In this document: positions 19,894-30,692 of the stretch, one piece after another | Numbering within the stretch: the first letter of the stretch is position 1 | Layout of the letters: each line of letters opens with the position of its first letter | DNA from: Chitinophaga pinensis | Lineage (GTDB): Bacteria; Bacteroidota; Bacteroidia; NS11-12g; UBA955 | Direction: 5' to 3' | DNA length: 64,000 nt | Assembly: GCA_945888525.1 (NCBI GenBank) | Contig: CAMDAF010000009.1 | Location: 13,276-77,275 of the forward strand | The notes under the pieces: generated by a model | Seen by the model: only the letters and a program-made list of their open reading frames with translations | The model's database searches: none | What the model was told of the DNA's origin: nothing | Program-made: the position numbers and the translations under genes

Positions 19894-20727
19894 CTATAAA
19901 ACCTTTATCCAATAAAAAAGGTAACCCACCAATTCTTTGACCAGTAATTCCGTGTTGGATAAAGCTGCTGCTGTAGGGACCAATAAATTGCTGGGTGAAT
20001 AATCGCGTTTTTTATCTGAAAGGAAATCACAGGCAAAAAGGTCTGCTTGCATGCTGTTTTTTAAGCACAACCTTACCCTTGGAAGTTGCCAAGCACTGCT
20101 AAAGATAAGCACTTTGCTTTTTATGCCAAGTGAATCCAGTTTTTTCTGACTGAATTTTATGTTCTCATGGGTATTTCGGCTTTGATTTTCAATGATTATA
20201 TTCGAATCAGGAATTCCAATTTCTTTTAAGTACTCAGAGACTGCATCCGCTTCTTTTAATTCTTGGTGCAATACCGAAGCACTGCCGCTGCTGATCATTA
20301 TTTTTTTTATTTGACCCTGTTTATATGCTTTGATGGCTTGCATCAAGCGGTCGTTGGCATCGTAAAATATGGCTCGGTTTAAATTGGTGTCTTTTTCAGA
20401 AAAACCGCCCAAGACCAAGCCAACTTCATAGCTTGAATCTAATGCTGTTTTAGAAGGGTCTTCGTACACCAAAAGTGCTTCATTTACAATAAAATTATTA
20501 GAGACTATAAATAAGACTAGAAAGCCAATAAATACCCTTTTTTTGATCTTGTTTTCTTCTTTGCTAAACAGAGCTGCTAACAAGAAAAGAAAAACCCAAA
20601 CAAGGGGCTTGATGAGAAACAACAATATTTTTGACAGATAAAAAAACATTTTTGTCTGCAAATATGACAAAATTACTTGACTTTTTCCTAGGTATGGAAT
20701 TTGACTCTTGTAATTTATCAAACACAT
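19894..20727 (-). CDS. YdcF/ElyC (DUF218) family membrane-anchored protein; likely start at 20649 (MFFYLSKILLF...)
   Basis: N-terminal TM helix, then the DUF218 pattern ...ISSGSASV...EADAVSEYLKEIGIPDSNIIIENQSRNTHENIKFS...VLIFSSAWQLPRV. Confidence 0.55.
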   Translation of the reverse strand: MCLINYKSQIPYLGKSQVILSYLQTKMFFYLSKILLFLIKPLVWVFLFLLAALFSKEENKIKKRVFIGFLVLFIVSNNFIVNEALLVYEDPSKTALDSSYEVGLVLGGFSEKDTNLNRAIFYDANDRLMQAIKAYKQGQIKKIMISSGSASVLHQELKEADAVSEYLKEIGIPDSNIIIENQSRNTHENIKFSQKKLDSLGIKSKVLIFSSAWQLPRVRLCLKNSMQADLFACDFLSDKKRDYSPSNLLVPTAAALSNTELLVKELVGYLFYWIKVL

Positions 20728-22542
20728 TTTTGTAATATGAGTAAAACAGGTTCAATTTCAGTAAATACGGAAAATATTTTCCCTATCATTAAAAAGTTTT
20801 TATACAGCGACCATGAGATTTTTATCAGGGAACTTGTTTCAAACGCCACAGATGCTTGTCAGAAGTTAAAAACATTGTCAAGTTTGGGCGAAGTCAAAGG
20901 CGAAACTGGAGATTTTAAAATTACCGTCACTTTAAATGAAGAAAATAAAACACTAACAATTAGTGACAATGGTATCGGAATGACCGAAGATGAGATTGAA
21001 AAATACATCAACCAATTGGCCTTTTCTGGTGCCGAGGAATTTGTGCAAAAATACAAAGACAAAGCCGATGCCAATGTTATTGGGCATTTCGGTTTAGGTT
21101 TTTACAGTGCCTTTATGGTGGCTGCTCAAGTTGAAATTCAAACTTTATCTTACAAAGAAAATTCCGTTTCAAGTTCTTGGATTTGCGATGGAAGCACACA
21201 ATTCACCATTGGCGAAGGCAACAGAACAGAGCGCGGTACAGATATAATATTGCATTTGGCTGAGGATAGTTTGGAATTTAACAGCAAGTATAAAATTTCA
21301 AGTCTGCTAACTAAATATTGCAAATTTTTACCTGTGCCCATTGAGTTTGATGGCAAAATTATCAATTCTGAAAAGCCATTGTGGTTGAGCAAGCCTGGGG
21401 ATCTTAAAGACGAAGATTACACTGCATTCTATCAAACCTTGTATCCAAATGCAGAAGCTCCATTGTTTTGGATACACATCAATGTCGATTATCCTTTTAA
21501 CTTAACGGGCATATTGTATTTCCCGAAAGTTGACAGTGCTATTGAAGCTGAAAAACACAAGGTTCAATTGTACAGCAACCAGGTATTTGTTACCGATAAT
21601 GTAAAAGAAATTCTACCTGAATTTTTAATGTTGCTTCACGGTGTAATCGATTCACCAGACATTCCTTTAAATGTTTCTAGAAGTAGCTTGCAAAGTGATT
21701 CAAACGTTAAAAAGATTACCACCCACATTAGCAAAAAGGTAGCCGATAAATTGGCGGAATTGTTCAAAACAGACCGTGCCGATTTTCAAGCCAAGTGGCC
21801 TAACATCGACTTGTTTGTTAAGTATGGTATTTTGAGTGATGAGAAATTTGCTGAAAAGGCAAAAGATTATTGCTTATTGGAAAGCACCAACGGAGCTTAT
21901 TACACCATGTCTGAACATTTAGAAAAAATCAAAGCAATTCAAACAGACAGTGATTCAAAATTGGTCGTTTTATACACCAACAATTCCGAAGAACAATACG
22001 CGTATGTAAGCGCTGCTAATAGCCGCGACTATGAAGTGCTTAAACTTGAAGGCCCATTGGATAGTCATTTTACAGGGTACTTAGAACAGCACAATGAGAA
22101 TGTTCAATGCAAGCGTGTGGATGCCGATGCCTTGGATAAACTGATTAAATCGGACCGTTCAGAGATTTCATTGTTAAATGAAGAAGAATCTAAACTGTTG
22201 TTAAGCGTTTTTGAATCGGCCAACCGCCGCTCAGACATTAAATTTAGTACAGAAGCCCTTTCTCCATCAGAGGCTTTGTTAACCATAACAGAAAGTGAAT
22301 ACGACAGACGTATGCGTGAAATGAGCAAGATGAACGGGTTTAATATGTTTGGTAATTTACCTATAAATTATCAGACGGTTTTAAATACCAACCACCCCAA
22401 AGCTAAAATTCTAGTTTCCGAAAATGCAGAACAGGCAAAATCGGTGGCAGAAAAAGCGCTTAATCTGGCCATGTTGTCAAAGGGATTGTTAAAAGGAGAG
22501 GACTTAAGTCACTTTATTCAATCTGAATTTGAAAAATTATAA
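20701..22542 (+). CDS. htpG: molecular chaperone HtpG (Hsp90); likely start at 20737 (MSKTGSISVN...)
   Basis: Bergerat ATPase motifs ELVSNATDACQKL and ISDNGIGMTEDE. About 600 aa. Confidence 0.95.
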   Translation: MTLVIYQTHFCNMSKTGSISVNTENIFPIIKKFLYSDHEIFIRELVSNATDACQKLKTLSSLGEVKGETGDFKITVTLNEENKTLTISDNGIGMTEDEIEKYINQLAFSGAEEFVQKYKDKADANVIGHFGLGFYSAFMVAAQVEIQTLSYKENSVSSSWICDGSTQFTIGEGNRTERGTDIILHLAEDSLEFNSKYKISSLLTKYCKFLPVPIEFDGKIINSEKPLWLSKPGDLKDEDYTAFYQTLYPNAEAPLFWIHINVDYPFNLTGILYFPKVDSAIEAEKHKVQLYSNQVFVTDNVKEILPEFLMLLHGVIDSPDIPLNVSRSSLQSDSNVKKITTHISKKVADKLAELFKTDRADFQAKWPNIDLFVKYGILSDEKFAEKAKDYCLLESTNGAYYTMSEHLEKIKAIQTDSDSKLVVLYTNNSEEQYAYVSAANSRDYEVLKLEGPLDSHFTGYLEQHNENVQCKRVDADALDKLIKSDRSEISLLNEEESKLLLSVFESANRRSDIKFSTEALSPSEALLTITESEYDRRMREMSKMNGFNMFGNLPINYQTVLNTNHPKAKILVSENAEQAKSVAEKALNLAMLSKGLLKGEDLSHFIQSEFEKL

Positions 22543-22670
22543 ACATCAGAAAACCTATAGCTCAATCAGTAAAATTGATGTTGAACACTCGGTTGTGGAT
22601 TTTAAATTTGCAACATCAAATAAAAAGATTGTTTTTTTGAACATCAATTCATTCGTAAATTATAAATAAC

Positions 22671-22991
22671 ATGGCAAAACATTTCACAGATTCAAGTTGG
22701 GAGACAGAAGTACTAGGTTCGGACAAACCCGTATTGGTAGATTTTTGGGCAGAATGGTGCGGCCCCTGCCGTATGATTGGTCCATTGGTTGAAGAACTCT
22801 CTGCAGAATATGAAGGCAAAGCATTGGTAGGTAAACTAAATGTAGATGAGAACCCTGGCGTGGCAACTAAATATGGTATCCGCAGCATCCCAACCTTGTT
22901 GGTATTCAAAGGTGGTGAAGTCGTTGACAAAATTGTAGGCGCTGTGCCTAAAACAATGTTGGCGTCTAAAATTGATGCGCAATTGGTATAG
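22671..22991 (+). CDS. trxA: thioredoxin
   Basis: 106 aa with the WAEWCGPC active site. Confidence 0.95.
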   Translation: MAKHFTDSSWETEVLGSDKPVLVDFWAEWCGPCRMIGPLVEELSAEYEGKALVGKLNVDENPGVATKYGIRSIPTLLVFKGGEVVDKIVGAVPKTMLASKIDAQLV

Positions 22992-23012
22992 TTCTAGTTA
23001 ATAATGTATTCT

Positions 23013-23043
23013 AAAGGGAGCAATTTTTTGTTCCCTTTTTTTA
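23013..23043. terminator. rho-independent terminator after trxA
   Basis: AAGGGAGCAA-tttt-TTGTTCCCTT stem followed by a T7 run. Confidence 0.5.
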
Positions 23044-23107
23044 TTGGGAATGTTTTTCTCGATTTTTTTTAACTACAATACTTTACTTTTGTTTCACTTT
23101 ATATTAA

Positions 23108-24220
23108 ATGAAATTTAGTAGCACAATATTTTTAATTTCTCTCATATTTAATCTTCAAGCACAGGTTAGCAACACAGGCATGGTGAATGTATACGACTCT
23201 GCAGCCAAAGGGAAGATAACAGTTGGTGCTTATGTCGATGTGTATTATGGGTTTGACTTTAATCGACCAATTGAATCAGACCGTCTATACTGTGTTTCTT
23301 CTCCGCGACACAACGAGGTGAACATAAATCTAGCTTACGCAGATTTTAAATACATCAACGACAATGTGCGTGCGCACTTTGTTCCTGGCTTTGGAAATTA
23401 TATCAATTCCAATTATGCGGCCGAGAAGGGATCGCTTAAAAACATAGTTGAAGCCAATGCAGGGGTGAAATTGTTCAAGAAAAAAGATGTTTGGTTGGAT
23501 GCGGGTGTTTTGCCCTCTCCGTATACCAATGAGTCGGCCATTTCTAAAGACCATTTAATGTATACCCGTTCTTTCGCCCCAGAATATGTGCCTTATTTTT
23601 TAACTGGAGTCAAATTGTCGACACCAATAAATAAGAAAGTAAGTGCGTATTGGTATCTGTTAAACGGCTGGCAGTCGATTCAAGACGCCAACAAGCAATT
23701 GTCGATTGGAACTCAAATTGAATACCGCCCAAACAATAAACTTTTGCTTAACTGGAATACCTATGTGGGCAATGAAGGTTCGAAAATAAACCCTGATTTC
23801 GGTGTGCGGTATTTTACCGATTTGTATGCAATCTACAACCCAGATGGGAAGTTTTCTTTAACTTCATGTGTATATGCAGGGCTTCAAGAGCGCAAAGATA
23901 CATTTGGTATAAAATCGCAAGGACAATGGTGGCAAGCCAATGTAATTGGGCGGTATAGCTTTAATAAAAAGTCATCGCTTTCTGCACGCCTAGAGTATTT
24001 TGAAGATGCATCGTCCATTCAAATTAAACCAATTACTAAAGTTGCTGGATTTAGCACTTTTAGTGGCGGACTCTGTTACAATTTAAAAATAAGTGCCAAT
24101 GCGTTGTTTCGATTCGAGGGCAGAACCTACTATTCAGAGAAAAATGTATATGAAAGTCCGAGCAAAAAATCTATTCCTTTTAGCAATTTACTCATCACCA
24201 ATCTGACGGTTTGGTTCTAA
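23108..24220 (+). CDS. outer-membrane beta-barrel (porin-like) protein, hypothetical
   Basis: Signal peptide MKFSSTIFLISLIFNLQAQ. Amphipathic beta pattern. C-terminal ...ITNLTVWF ends in an aromatic residue. Confidence 0.45.
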   Translation: MKFSSTIFLISLIFNLQAQVSNTGMVNVYDSAAKGKITVGAYVDVYYGFDFNRPIESDRLYCVSSPRHNEVNINLAYADFKYINDNVRAHFVPGFGNYINSNYAAEKGSLKNIVEANAGVKLFKKKDVWLDAGVLPSPYTNESAISKDHLMYTRSFAPEYVPYFLTGVKLSTPINKKVSAYWYLLNGWQSIQDANKQLSIGTQIEYRPNNKLLLNWNTYVGNEGSKINPDFGVRYFTDLYAIYNPDGKFSLTSCVYAGLQERKDTFGIKSQGQWWQANVIGRYSFNKKSSLSARLEYFEDASSIQIKPITKVAGFSTFSGGLCYNLKISANALFRFEGRTYYSEKNVYESPSKKSIPFSNLLITNLTVWF

Positions 24221-25674
24221 TGTTAAAAGTCATTTCTCAGAAGTATAAACTCGGTCTGTTAATGGGCATATTTGCCCTTATTTACGGACTCATTGCCTTT
24301 GTTAACCATTATTGCTTTAGAACTTTTGCCTTAGACTTGGGCGTCTACACCAATGCCTTATACGACTATGCCCATGGCCAATGGAACGACGCAACACTAT
24401 TTAAAGAAATTCCAAGGAACTTGCTTTCCGACCACCTCGATTTTACTCTAATTTTGTTGGGTCCTATATCTCGCGTTTTTGGCCAATACACGCTTCAGTT
24501 GGCGCAAATTATTTTTGTTTTATTTGGGGGGCTTGGCGTCTATAAATTTTTGTTAGAAAGCAATCTTAAATCCTCTGTGGCTTTGATTGCAGTTTTGCAC
24601 TTCTTCCTATTCTTTGGTATTTATTCAGCTCTGTCTTTCGACTACCACAGCAATGTTCTTGCGGCTATGTTATTGCCTTGGTTTTTATTGTTTTTGCAAC
24701 GCAAAAACTTTGTAAAAGCATCTGTTTTTTTCTTTTTGATGCTTATGTGTAAAGAGTCGATTGCGCTTTGGATGGCCTCAGTTTGTTTTGCCCTTTTAAT
24801 TGAATACCGAAAAGATAAAAAACGAATTTTATTTTTAAGCGGAGCCTTATTCTTTTCCTTGGTTTATTTTTTCGCCGCCATTAAATATATCATGCCGGCA
24901 TTGTCGACTGATCAAGTATATGGGAATTTCAAATACCATATTTTAGGCACAGATTTTTTTGACGCTTTCTTGAATATTTGTAGGCACCCAATTGAATTTT
25001 TAACTCATTTATTTACCAACCACTCAGGAAATGTAAAATTCGATTGGGTGAAAACAGAGTTTTATTTATTTATTGCATTTTCAGGCGCCATTGTTTTGAT
25101 CTTTAAGCCAAGCTATTTATTGATGTTGCTAGTGCCAATCGTGTCAAAAATGTGTTACGACGATCCTGCCATTTGGAGTATTGATTGCCACTATTCCATA
25201 GAGTTTGCACCCATAATCACCTTAGGCTTGTTTTTGGTGTTAGGTAAATTTAAATCTTTAAAATTGCAAAGAACTTTAGCCATTGTCGCTTGTGTTTTTT
25301 CTTTGGCAGTCAGCATTCGTTTAATGGACCATACAATTTATTTACACGATTACAACCGTTTGCGCATTTATCAAAAAGGCCACTATTCAAGAGGACACAA
25401 TATACAAATAATTCATCAATATTTAAGGCAAATTCCGACGAATGCTCGTGTTAGTGCACAATCCCCTCTGCTGCCGCATCTTGCTTACCGCAACAAAGCC
25501 TACATGTATCCCATTGTTAAGGACGCAGAATATATTGTTTTGTCGCGTATTGAACCCGAGACATATCCTATTGAAAAACAAGTTTTAATACAAGGACTTA
25601 ACGACTCAATAGCCTCGGGAAGGTGGTTGCTTATTATTGATCTTCAGGAGATTTCTGTGTTAAAGAAAAAATAG
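24211..25674 (+). CDS. polytopic membrane protein, DUF2079-like (hypothetical)
   Basis: About 10 predicted TM helices. N-terminal ...CFRTFALDLGVYTNALYDY... pattern is reminiscent of the DUF2079 family. Start is ambiguous between 24211 and 24220. Confidence 0.4.
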   Translation: MVLMLKVISQKYKLGLLMGIFALIYGLIAFVNHYCFRTFALDLGVYTNALYDYAHGQWNDATLFKEIPRNLLSDHLDFTLILLGPISRVFGQYTLQLAQIIFVLFGGLGVYKFLLESNLKSSVALIAVLHFFLFFGIYSALSFDYHSNVLAAMLLPWFLLFLQRKNFVKASVFFFLMLMCKESIALWMASVCFALLIEYRKDKKRILFLSGALFFSLVYFFAAIKYIMPALSTDQVYGNFKYHILGTDFFDAFLNICRHPIEFLTHLFTNHSGNVKFDWVKTEFYLFIAFSGAIVLIFKPSYLLMLLVPIVSKMCYDDPAIWSIDCHYSIEFAPIITLGLFLVLGKFKSLKLQRTLAIVACVFSLAVSIRLMDHTIYLHDYNRLRIYQKGHYSRGHNIQIIHQYLRQIPTNARVSAQSPLLPHLAYRNKAYMYPIVKDAEYIVLSRIEPETYPIEKQVLIQGLNDSIASGRWLLIIDLQEISVLKKK

Positions 25675-25750
25675 CCATTGCGTTGAATTGTATTCTTGCC
25701 TAAATTGGTTTGTATTGCGTCTAAATGTTCTATTTTTGCAAGACTAAATT

Positions 25751-27388
25751 ATGTCTGACAAAATCGATATCGAATTTAACAAAAACGAAGACCACAACAA
25801 ACAGTTGGTATTTGAGCTAAAGACCAAACACAAAAAAGTGAGTTTGGGCGGAGGCGAGAAAGCGGCTGCAAAGCAAAAAGAAAAGGGTAAATTATTGGCC
25901 CGCGAGCGTATTGATTATTTAAGGGACAACGATAGCCCTTTTACAGAAGTTGCGGCCTTTGCTGGCGATGGCATGTATCCTGAACACGGTGGATGCCCGG
26001 GTGCTGGCGTTGTTTGCGGAATTGGATATGTGAGTGGACGTCAATGTATGATTGTTGCCAATGATGCAACGGTAAAAGCTGGAGCTTGGTTCCCAATCAG
26101 CGGAAAGAAAAATTTACGTGCCCAAGAAATAGCCATGGAAAACCGGTTGCCAATTATTTATTTGGTCGACTCAGCAGGGGTGTTTTTGCCCATGCAAGAT
26201 GAGATATTTCCAGACAAAGAACATTTCGGACGAATATTCAGAAACAATGCAGTAATGAGCAGTATGGGGATTACCCAAATTGCAGCGGTTATGGGCAGCT
26301 GTGTGGCAGGTGGTGCTTATTTGCCAATAATGAGTGATGAAGCTTTGATTGTAGATAAAACAGGCTCCATATTTTTAGCCGGTTCCTATTTGGTGAAAGC
26401 TGCAGTGGGAGAGGACATAGACAATGAGACCTTGGGTGGAAGTATTTCTCAATCTGAAATTTCGGGGGTAATAGACGACCGTTTTCCAGATGACAAGTCT
26501 TGCCTCGACCGAATCAAATACATCATGGATAAGATTGGTAAATTTGAGGAAGCCGGTTTCGACCGTGTGGCCACAATAGCACCCTTGCATGACATTAAAA
26601 ATATATATGGAATCTTGCCGATGGACAGGGCCAAGCCTTATGACAGCAAGTTTTTAATTCAACACTTGGTTGATAACAGTGAGTTTGAAGAATACAAAGA
26701 AGCTTATGGCAAAACCATATTGTGCGGCTATGCCCGCATTGAAGGTTGGGCTGTTGGTATTGTAGCCAATAACCGCATGACGACAAAAAACAAAAAAGGA
26801 GAAATGCAATTTGGGGGTGTTATTTACAACGATAGTGCCGATAAAGCTGCTAGGTTTATCATGAACTGCAACCAAAAGAAAATTCCTTTGGTGTTTTTAC
26901 AAGACGTTACTGGTTTTATGGTGGGTAGCAGAAGCGAGCACGCCGGGATTATTAAAGACGGCGCTAAAATGGTAAATGCCATGAGCAATAGCACGGTGCC
27001 TAAGTTTACCATCATACTTGGCAACAGCTATGGCGCAGGAAACTACGCCATGTGTGGAAAGGCCTACGATCCGCGTCTTATTTATGCTTGGCCAAGTGCA
27101 CGCATAGCGGTAATGGGCGGAGAGCAAGCGGCCAAAGTGATGTTGCAAATAGAGAAAGCAAGTTTGGAAGCCAAAGGCGAAAAAATCACACCAGAAGCTG
27201 AAAAAGAATTGTTGGATAAAATCATCGCTCGTTATGAAAAACAACTGTCTCCATACTATGCCGCTTCGCGCATTTGGGTGGATGGGATAATTGATCCAAT
27301 AGAAACCAGAAAGGTAATTAGCGAAGGCATAGCAATGGCAAACCACGCGCCTGTGAAGCCGTTTAACGTGGGTGTTTTGCAAACGTAG
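25751..27388 (+). CDS. acyl-CoA carboxylase carboxyltransferase subunit (PccB/MccB-like)
   Basis: 545 aa. Shows ...LLARERIDYLRD..., the duplicated carboxyltransferase domains, and GGAYLPIMSDEALIV... motifs. Confidence 0.85.
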   Translation: MSDKIDIEFNKNEDHNKQLVFELKTKHKKVSLGGGEKAAAKQKEKGKLLARERIDYLRDNDSPFTEVAAFAGDGMYPEHGGCPGAGVVCGIGYVSGRQCMIVANDATVKAGAWFPISGKKNLRAQEIAMENRLPIIYLVDSAGVFLPMQDEIFPDKEHFGRIFRNNAVMSSMGITQIAAVMGSCVAGGAYLPIMSDEALIVDKTGSIFLAGSYLVKAAVGEDIDNETLGGSISQSEISGVIDDRFPDDKSCLDRIKYIMDKIGKFEEAGFDRVATIAPLHDIKNIYGILPMDRAKPYDSKFLIQHLVDNSEFEEYKEAYGKTILCGYARIEGWAVGIVANNRMTTKNKKGEMQFGGVIYNDSADKAARFIMNCNQKKIPLVFLQDVTGFMVGSRSEHAGIIKDGAKMVNAMSNSTVPKFTIILGNSYGAGNYAMCGKAYDPRLIYAWPSARIAVMGGEQAAKVMLQIEKASLEAKGEKITPEAEKELLDKIIARYEKQLSPYYAASRIWVDGIIDPIETRKVISEGIAMANHAPVKPFNVGVLQT

Positions 27389-27404
27389 TTTTTGAGTTGT
27401 TTTT

Positions 27405-30400
27405 TTATCTCAGCAAATTAAGGGTCCCTGATAACTCGATTAACTTGCCTTCTTTTGATCCAATTTTAGCTTTATAAATATAAACATCTGCTTGGCAATC
27501 GCTGTCTTTATAGGTTCCATCCCAGGCGGCATTGTTAGATGTTTCAAATAGTTTTTCACCCCAGCGGTTAAAGACTTCATAACTTGCAGATTCATCAGAT
27601 ACGCCATAGATGTGAAACGATTCGTTTTTGCCATTTTGGTCTGGTGAAAAGGCATTGGGAATATAATATTGTAGATACTTGAAAAACTTAATGTTTTGTG
27701 AAAATGTATCAAAACAATTGTATTCATTCTCTGCATAGAGTTTAACAGTATAGACACTTTTCTTGGCATAAATATGTGTTGGTTCGAAATCTTCACTGCT
27801 TTCCTGGTCACCCCAATACCATGTGTAATAATTGGCTCCAATGCTTCTGTTTTTTGTTTTGATTTCGTTTTTTATAACACCATCTTTTAGATCACTCACT
27901 TGTATTGTAAACAAGGGTTTAGGAACAGGGTTTACAATTAAATCAAAGTGAGCGGTGTCGCTTTTGCAACCAAGATATTCTGCCTGGTTAATGATTTTAA
28001 AATGACGTATTTTTTGCGACTTATAAGTTTGGATACTTGGGATATTCTGAGTGCCCGACTTAAATTCACCATAGATGCTGTCTCCATAAATCCACGAAAT
28101 ACTTGATGCTTGTGGATGACATCTAAGTTCAATTTCTTCGCTGCGTTCACCTGCGCAAATTTTCGAAATTTTCGAATTGGTCATGCGAGGTTTTGCAATA
28201 CTTTGAATGGTAAAGTTCATTGGATCTGAACTGCATAGGCCATTTTTTGCTTCAACCATAATATTTGAAACTTGATTTTCTTCTAGAATAGTTAGTTTTT
28301 GAGAAGGGATAAAGTTTATTCCAGTGGACGCTATTCCAACAACTGAATTGTCGTTTTGCCAATTGATTTCATCAAATTGATTCTTAATGGTAAAATTGAT
28401 TTTTGGTAAACCATCTCCGCTGCAAAACTTCTTAGGGTTGATTTGCTCAATAATAGGTTTACTTTTGATGTCAATATTGAATTGCATGGCCTGAGATTTG
28501 CATTTGCCGTTGTTTGAAAAAACGGTAATTCTAGCGTGCTGATTGGTGCTAGCGTTCAATGTGTATAGAGCTTGAATCAATGTGCTTCCAGAGTCTGGTA
28601 TACCAATACTATTATTGTTGTTAAACCATTTAAACTTTGCGCCGTTTGTGGAACTTTTAAATACAATGGCATTTAGTTTTTCGCCAGCACAAAATTCCAA
28701 GTTTTTTTCTTGTATAATTATTGGAAGCCCTAAAACATTGATTGCGAAATTAAGGGTATCTGCAGGGCAAAAGTTGTTAGACCCTATTACTTGTATTTGC
28801 GCTGTTTGGTCGTTCTCAATTCCTTGGCTTTTAAAAGCAGGGATGTGTGCATTGCCCCATGCATTCAAGCCGAAAGTAGGGTTGCTGTTGTACCAATCTA
28901 TCTTGCAATCGCTGAGGTTAGATTTGAAAATGATTTTTGTAAGACTATCCCCAGCACATATTGTATATGAATTTACAGATTCAAGTTTAACTTTTGATTT
29001 TATAGAAAGTTTAAAAATTTGTGGTTTTCCCCTTGCCGTATCGGCCTTTGGGTATATTACAATTTTTGCATTTTCAATAGTTGTAACATTAGGTGCTTTG
29101 AAATCTGCAATTTGTCCCCAACCAGATTTTGCCAATCCTACATTCGGATTGTCATTGGTCCAATAGTAGCGAATATTTGGACTGTCGCTTTCAAATTTTG
29201 GGAATCTTACAGTATCGCCTGCGCACACTGATAATGAATCAAAAGCCAAAGCCTTCATTTCTGCCCCATAGCGCAACAAGTTTATTTCAATTGTGTCACG
29301 AATTAAAATGCATTTATTAAAGTCTGTAATGGTAATCCAATACTTGCCACTTCTATCTATAACAATACTTTCAGTGGTTTGGCCTGTCGACCACAAATAT
29401 TGAGCGTTTTTGTAGTTTGCGCTTAACGTTTTCTTGTGGTAATCGATGATGCTGTCTTTGCCTAAGCTGAAGTAATTGTCCAAACTTTCTACATAAGTTG
29501 GCAATCCGATATGGCTTTTGGCATTTAGTTTTAAATAATTTAGAATGGGTTGACATTTCAATCCCAACTCCTCAGGAAATAAAATACAGTTTAGTGATTT
29601 AGAGCTGTATGAATTACTGGTGTATAATTTATTGTCTTTTCCTAGCTGAAGGGCGCCAATTCTTGAAGGACTTTTTAATACTAAAATGCCATTTTCGAAA
29701 ATTTGTTTTGGATTTTGATTTAGATTGAATTGAAAAACCTCACCTCTGTCTACTAAGGATGTGTATAAAAAACCGTTGTTTGGCGAAAATGAAAGGCCGT
29801 AAAATGTTTGGTCGTCTCCCATGGGTAAAGTTTCATGTGCCAAGTATGTTATTCGACCAGTTTGTTTGTCGAATTTATACAATTCAATGGTTCTGCCATG
29901 GCATTGCGCATTAGCCAAATAATTGCCATCAGTAGAAAATTTCAAATAGCCAAGTTCAATGTTCTTAGAGACACTTATGTTTTGAAAACTACTAACCGGG
30001 CTAATATTAATTCCGCTCGAATCTATAGAAAAACTTAAATATTCATTGCTTAAGGCTTTATGCATAACAAGCCAAAACCCATCGCTAGAACAGTTTTTTG
30101 TTACTGCAATTTTTTCATCTGAATTTTCAACAAGTATTGCATTTTTTTTGATGATTTTTCCCAGTCCTTCGTTTGCATTAATATCTAAAATGTTATAAGT
30201 TAATAAATGGGTGTTTGTCATATTAGACTGAACACAAAATAAATAATATAAATTCGGACTTTTAGGAAATGGAACCACCACACAAGATGAAGTAGAAGAT
30301 GGGTCGCCTTTTAAGCCAGTTCCATTTTGCATAACAACATGGTTCTTGTTCCAAACAGTAATACCGTCTGAATAAAACAAAAGATTGCCGTATTTATCGC

Positions 30401-30590
30401 TCACCGAACTACAACCTTCAAGTGTTTTTAAAGTGTTTAATGGGGCTAAAACCTGAGGTGTTCCATTCTTAAAAGATACATGACATGAATTACCGAAAAT
30501 CCAATGGTCGTTTTCACCTTGCGCCTTAATTGTGCTGATGCTGATGAAGTGAAAAATGATTAGAATTGTTAGAGAGTAGATTGACTTCAT
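27405..30590 (-). CDS. large (1061 aa) surface protein with T9SS type B C-terminal domain
   Basis: Signal peptide MKSIYSLTILIIFHFISISTIKAQ. Internal ~70-90 aa repeats (C..D.....F.....W.N.N...G). C-terminus ...YYIPNAFSPDQNGKNESFHIYGVSDESASYEVFNRWGEKLFETSNNAAWDGTYKDSDCQADVYIYKAKIGSKEGKLIELSGTLNLLR. Confidence 0.75.
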   Translation of the reverse strand: MKSIYSLTILIIFHFISISTIKAQGENDHWIFGNSCHVSFKNGTPQVLAPLNTLKTLEGCSSVSDKYGNLLFYSDGITVWNKNHVVMQNGTGLKGDPSSTSSCVVVPFPKSPNLYYLFCVQSNMTNTHLLTYNILDINANEGLGKIIKKNAILVENSDEKIAVTKNCSSDGFWLVMHKALSNEYLSFSIDSSGINISPVSSFQNISVSKNIELGYLKFSTDGNYLANAQCHGRTIELYKFDKQTGRITYLAHETLPMGDDQTFYGLSFSPNNGFLYTSLVDRGEVFQFNLNQNPKQIFENGILVLKSPSRIGALQLGKDNKLYTSNSYSSKSLNCILFPEELGLKCQPILNYLKLNAKSHIGLPTYVESLDNYFSLGKDSIIDYHKKTLSANYKNAQYLWSTGQTTESIVIDRSGKYWITITDFNKCILIRDTIEINLLRYGAEMKALAFDSLSVCAGDTVRFPKFESDSPNIRYYWTNDNPNVGLAKSGWGQIADFKAPNVTTIENAKIVIYPKADTARGKPQIFKLSIKSKVKLESVNSYTICAGDSLTKIIFKSNLSDCKIDWYNSNPTFGLNAWGNAHIPAFKSQGIENDQTAQIQVIGSNNFCPADTLNFAINVLGLPIIIQEKNLEFCAGEKLNAIVFKSSTNGAKFKWFNNNNSIGIPDSGSTLIQALYTLNASTNQHARITVFSNNGKCKSQAMQFNIDIKSKPIIEQINPKKFCSGDGLPKINFTIKNQFDEINWQNDNSVVGIASTGINFIPSQKLTILEENQVSNIMVEAKNGLCSSDPMNFTIQSIAKPRMTNSKISKICAGERSEEIELRCHPQASSISWIYGDSIYGEFKSGTQNIPSIQTYKSQKIRHFKIINQAEYLGCKSDTAHFDLIVNPVPKPLFTIQVSDLKDGVIKNEIKTKNRSIGANYYTWYWGDQESSEDFEPTHIYAKKSVYTVKLYAENEYNCFDTFSQNIKFFKYLQYYIPNAFSPDQNGKNESFHIYGVSDESASYEVFNRWGEKLFETSNNAAWDGTYKDSDCQADVYIYKAKIGSKEGKLIELSGTLNLLR

Positions 30591-30692
30591 AGGCGCTGAA
30601 TTTATTTGAAGACAAGTTCAATTTTAAATTCGTGGCTTATAAAAAGAAAATATTTTTTAATCTTGCAAAAAGGGCATTCGTAATACTTTGAT

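Noticed and set aside
20701-20736. Overlap of htpG ORF start (20701) with the divergent DUF218 gene (ends 20727)
   Set aside because: Divergent genes cannot share promoter space this way. Internal starts (htpG at 20737; DUF218 gene at about 20649) resolve the overlap and leave an ~88-nt intergenic promoter region.
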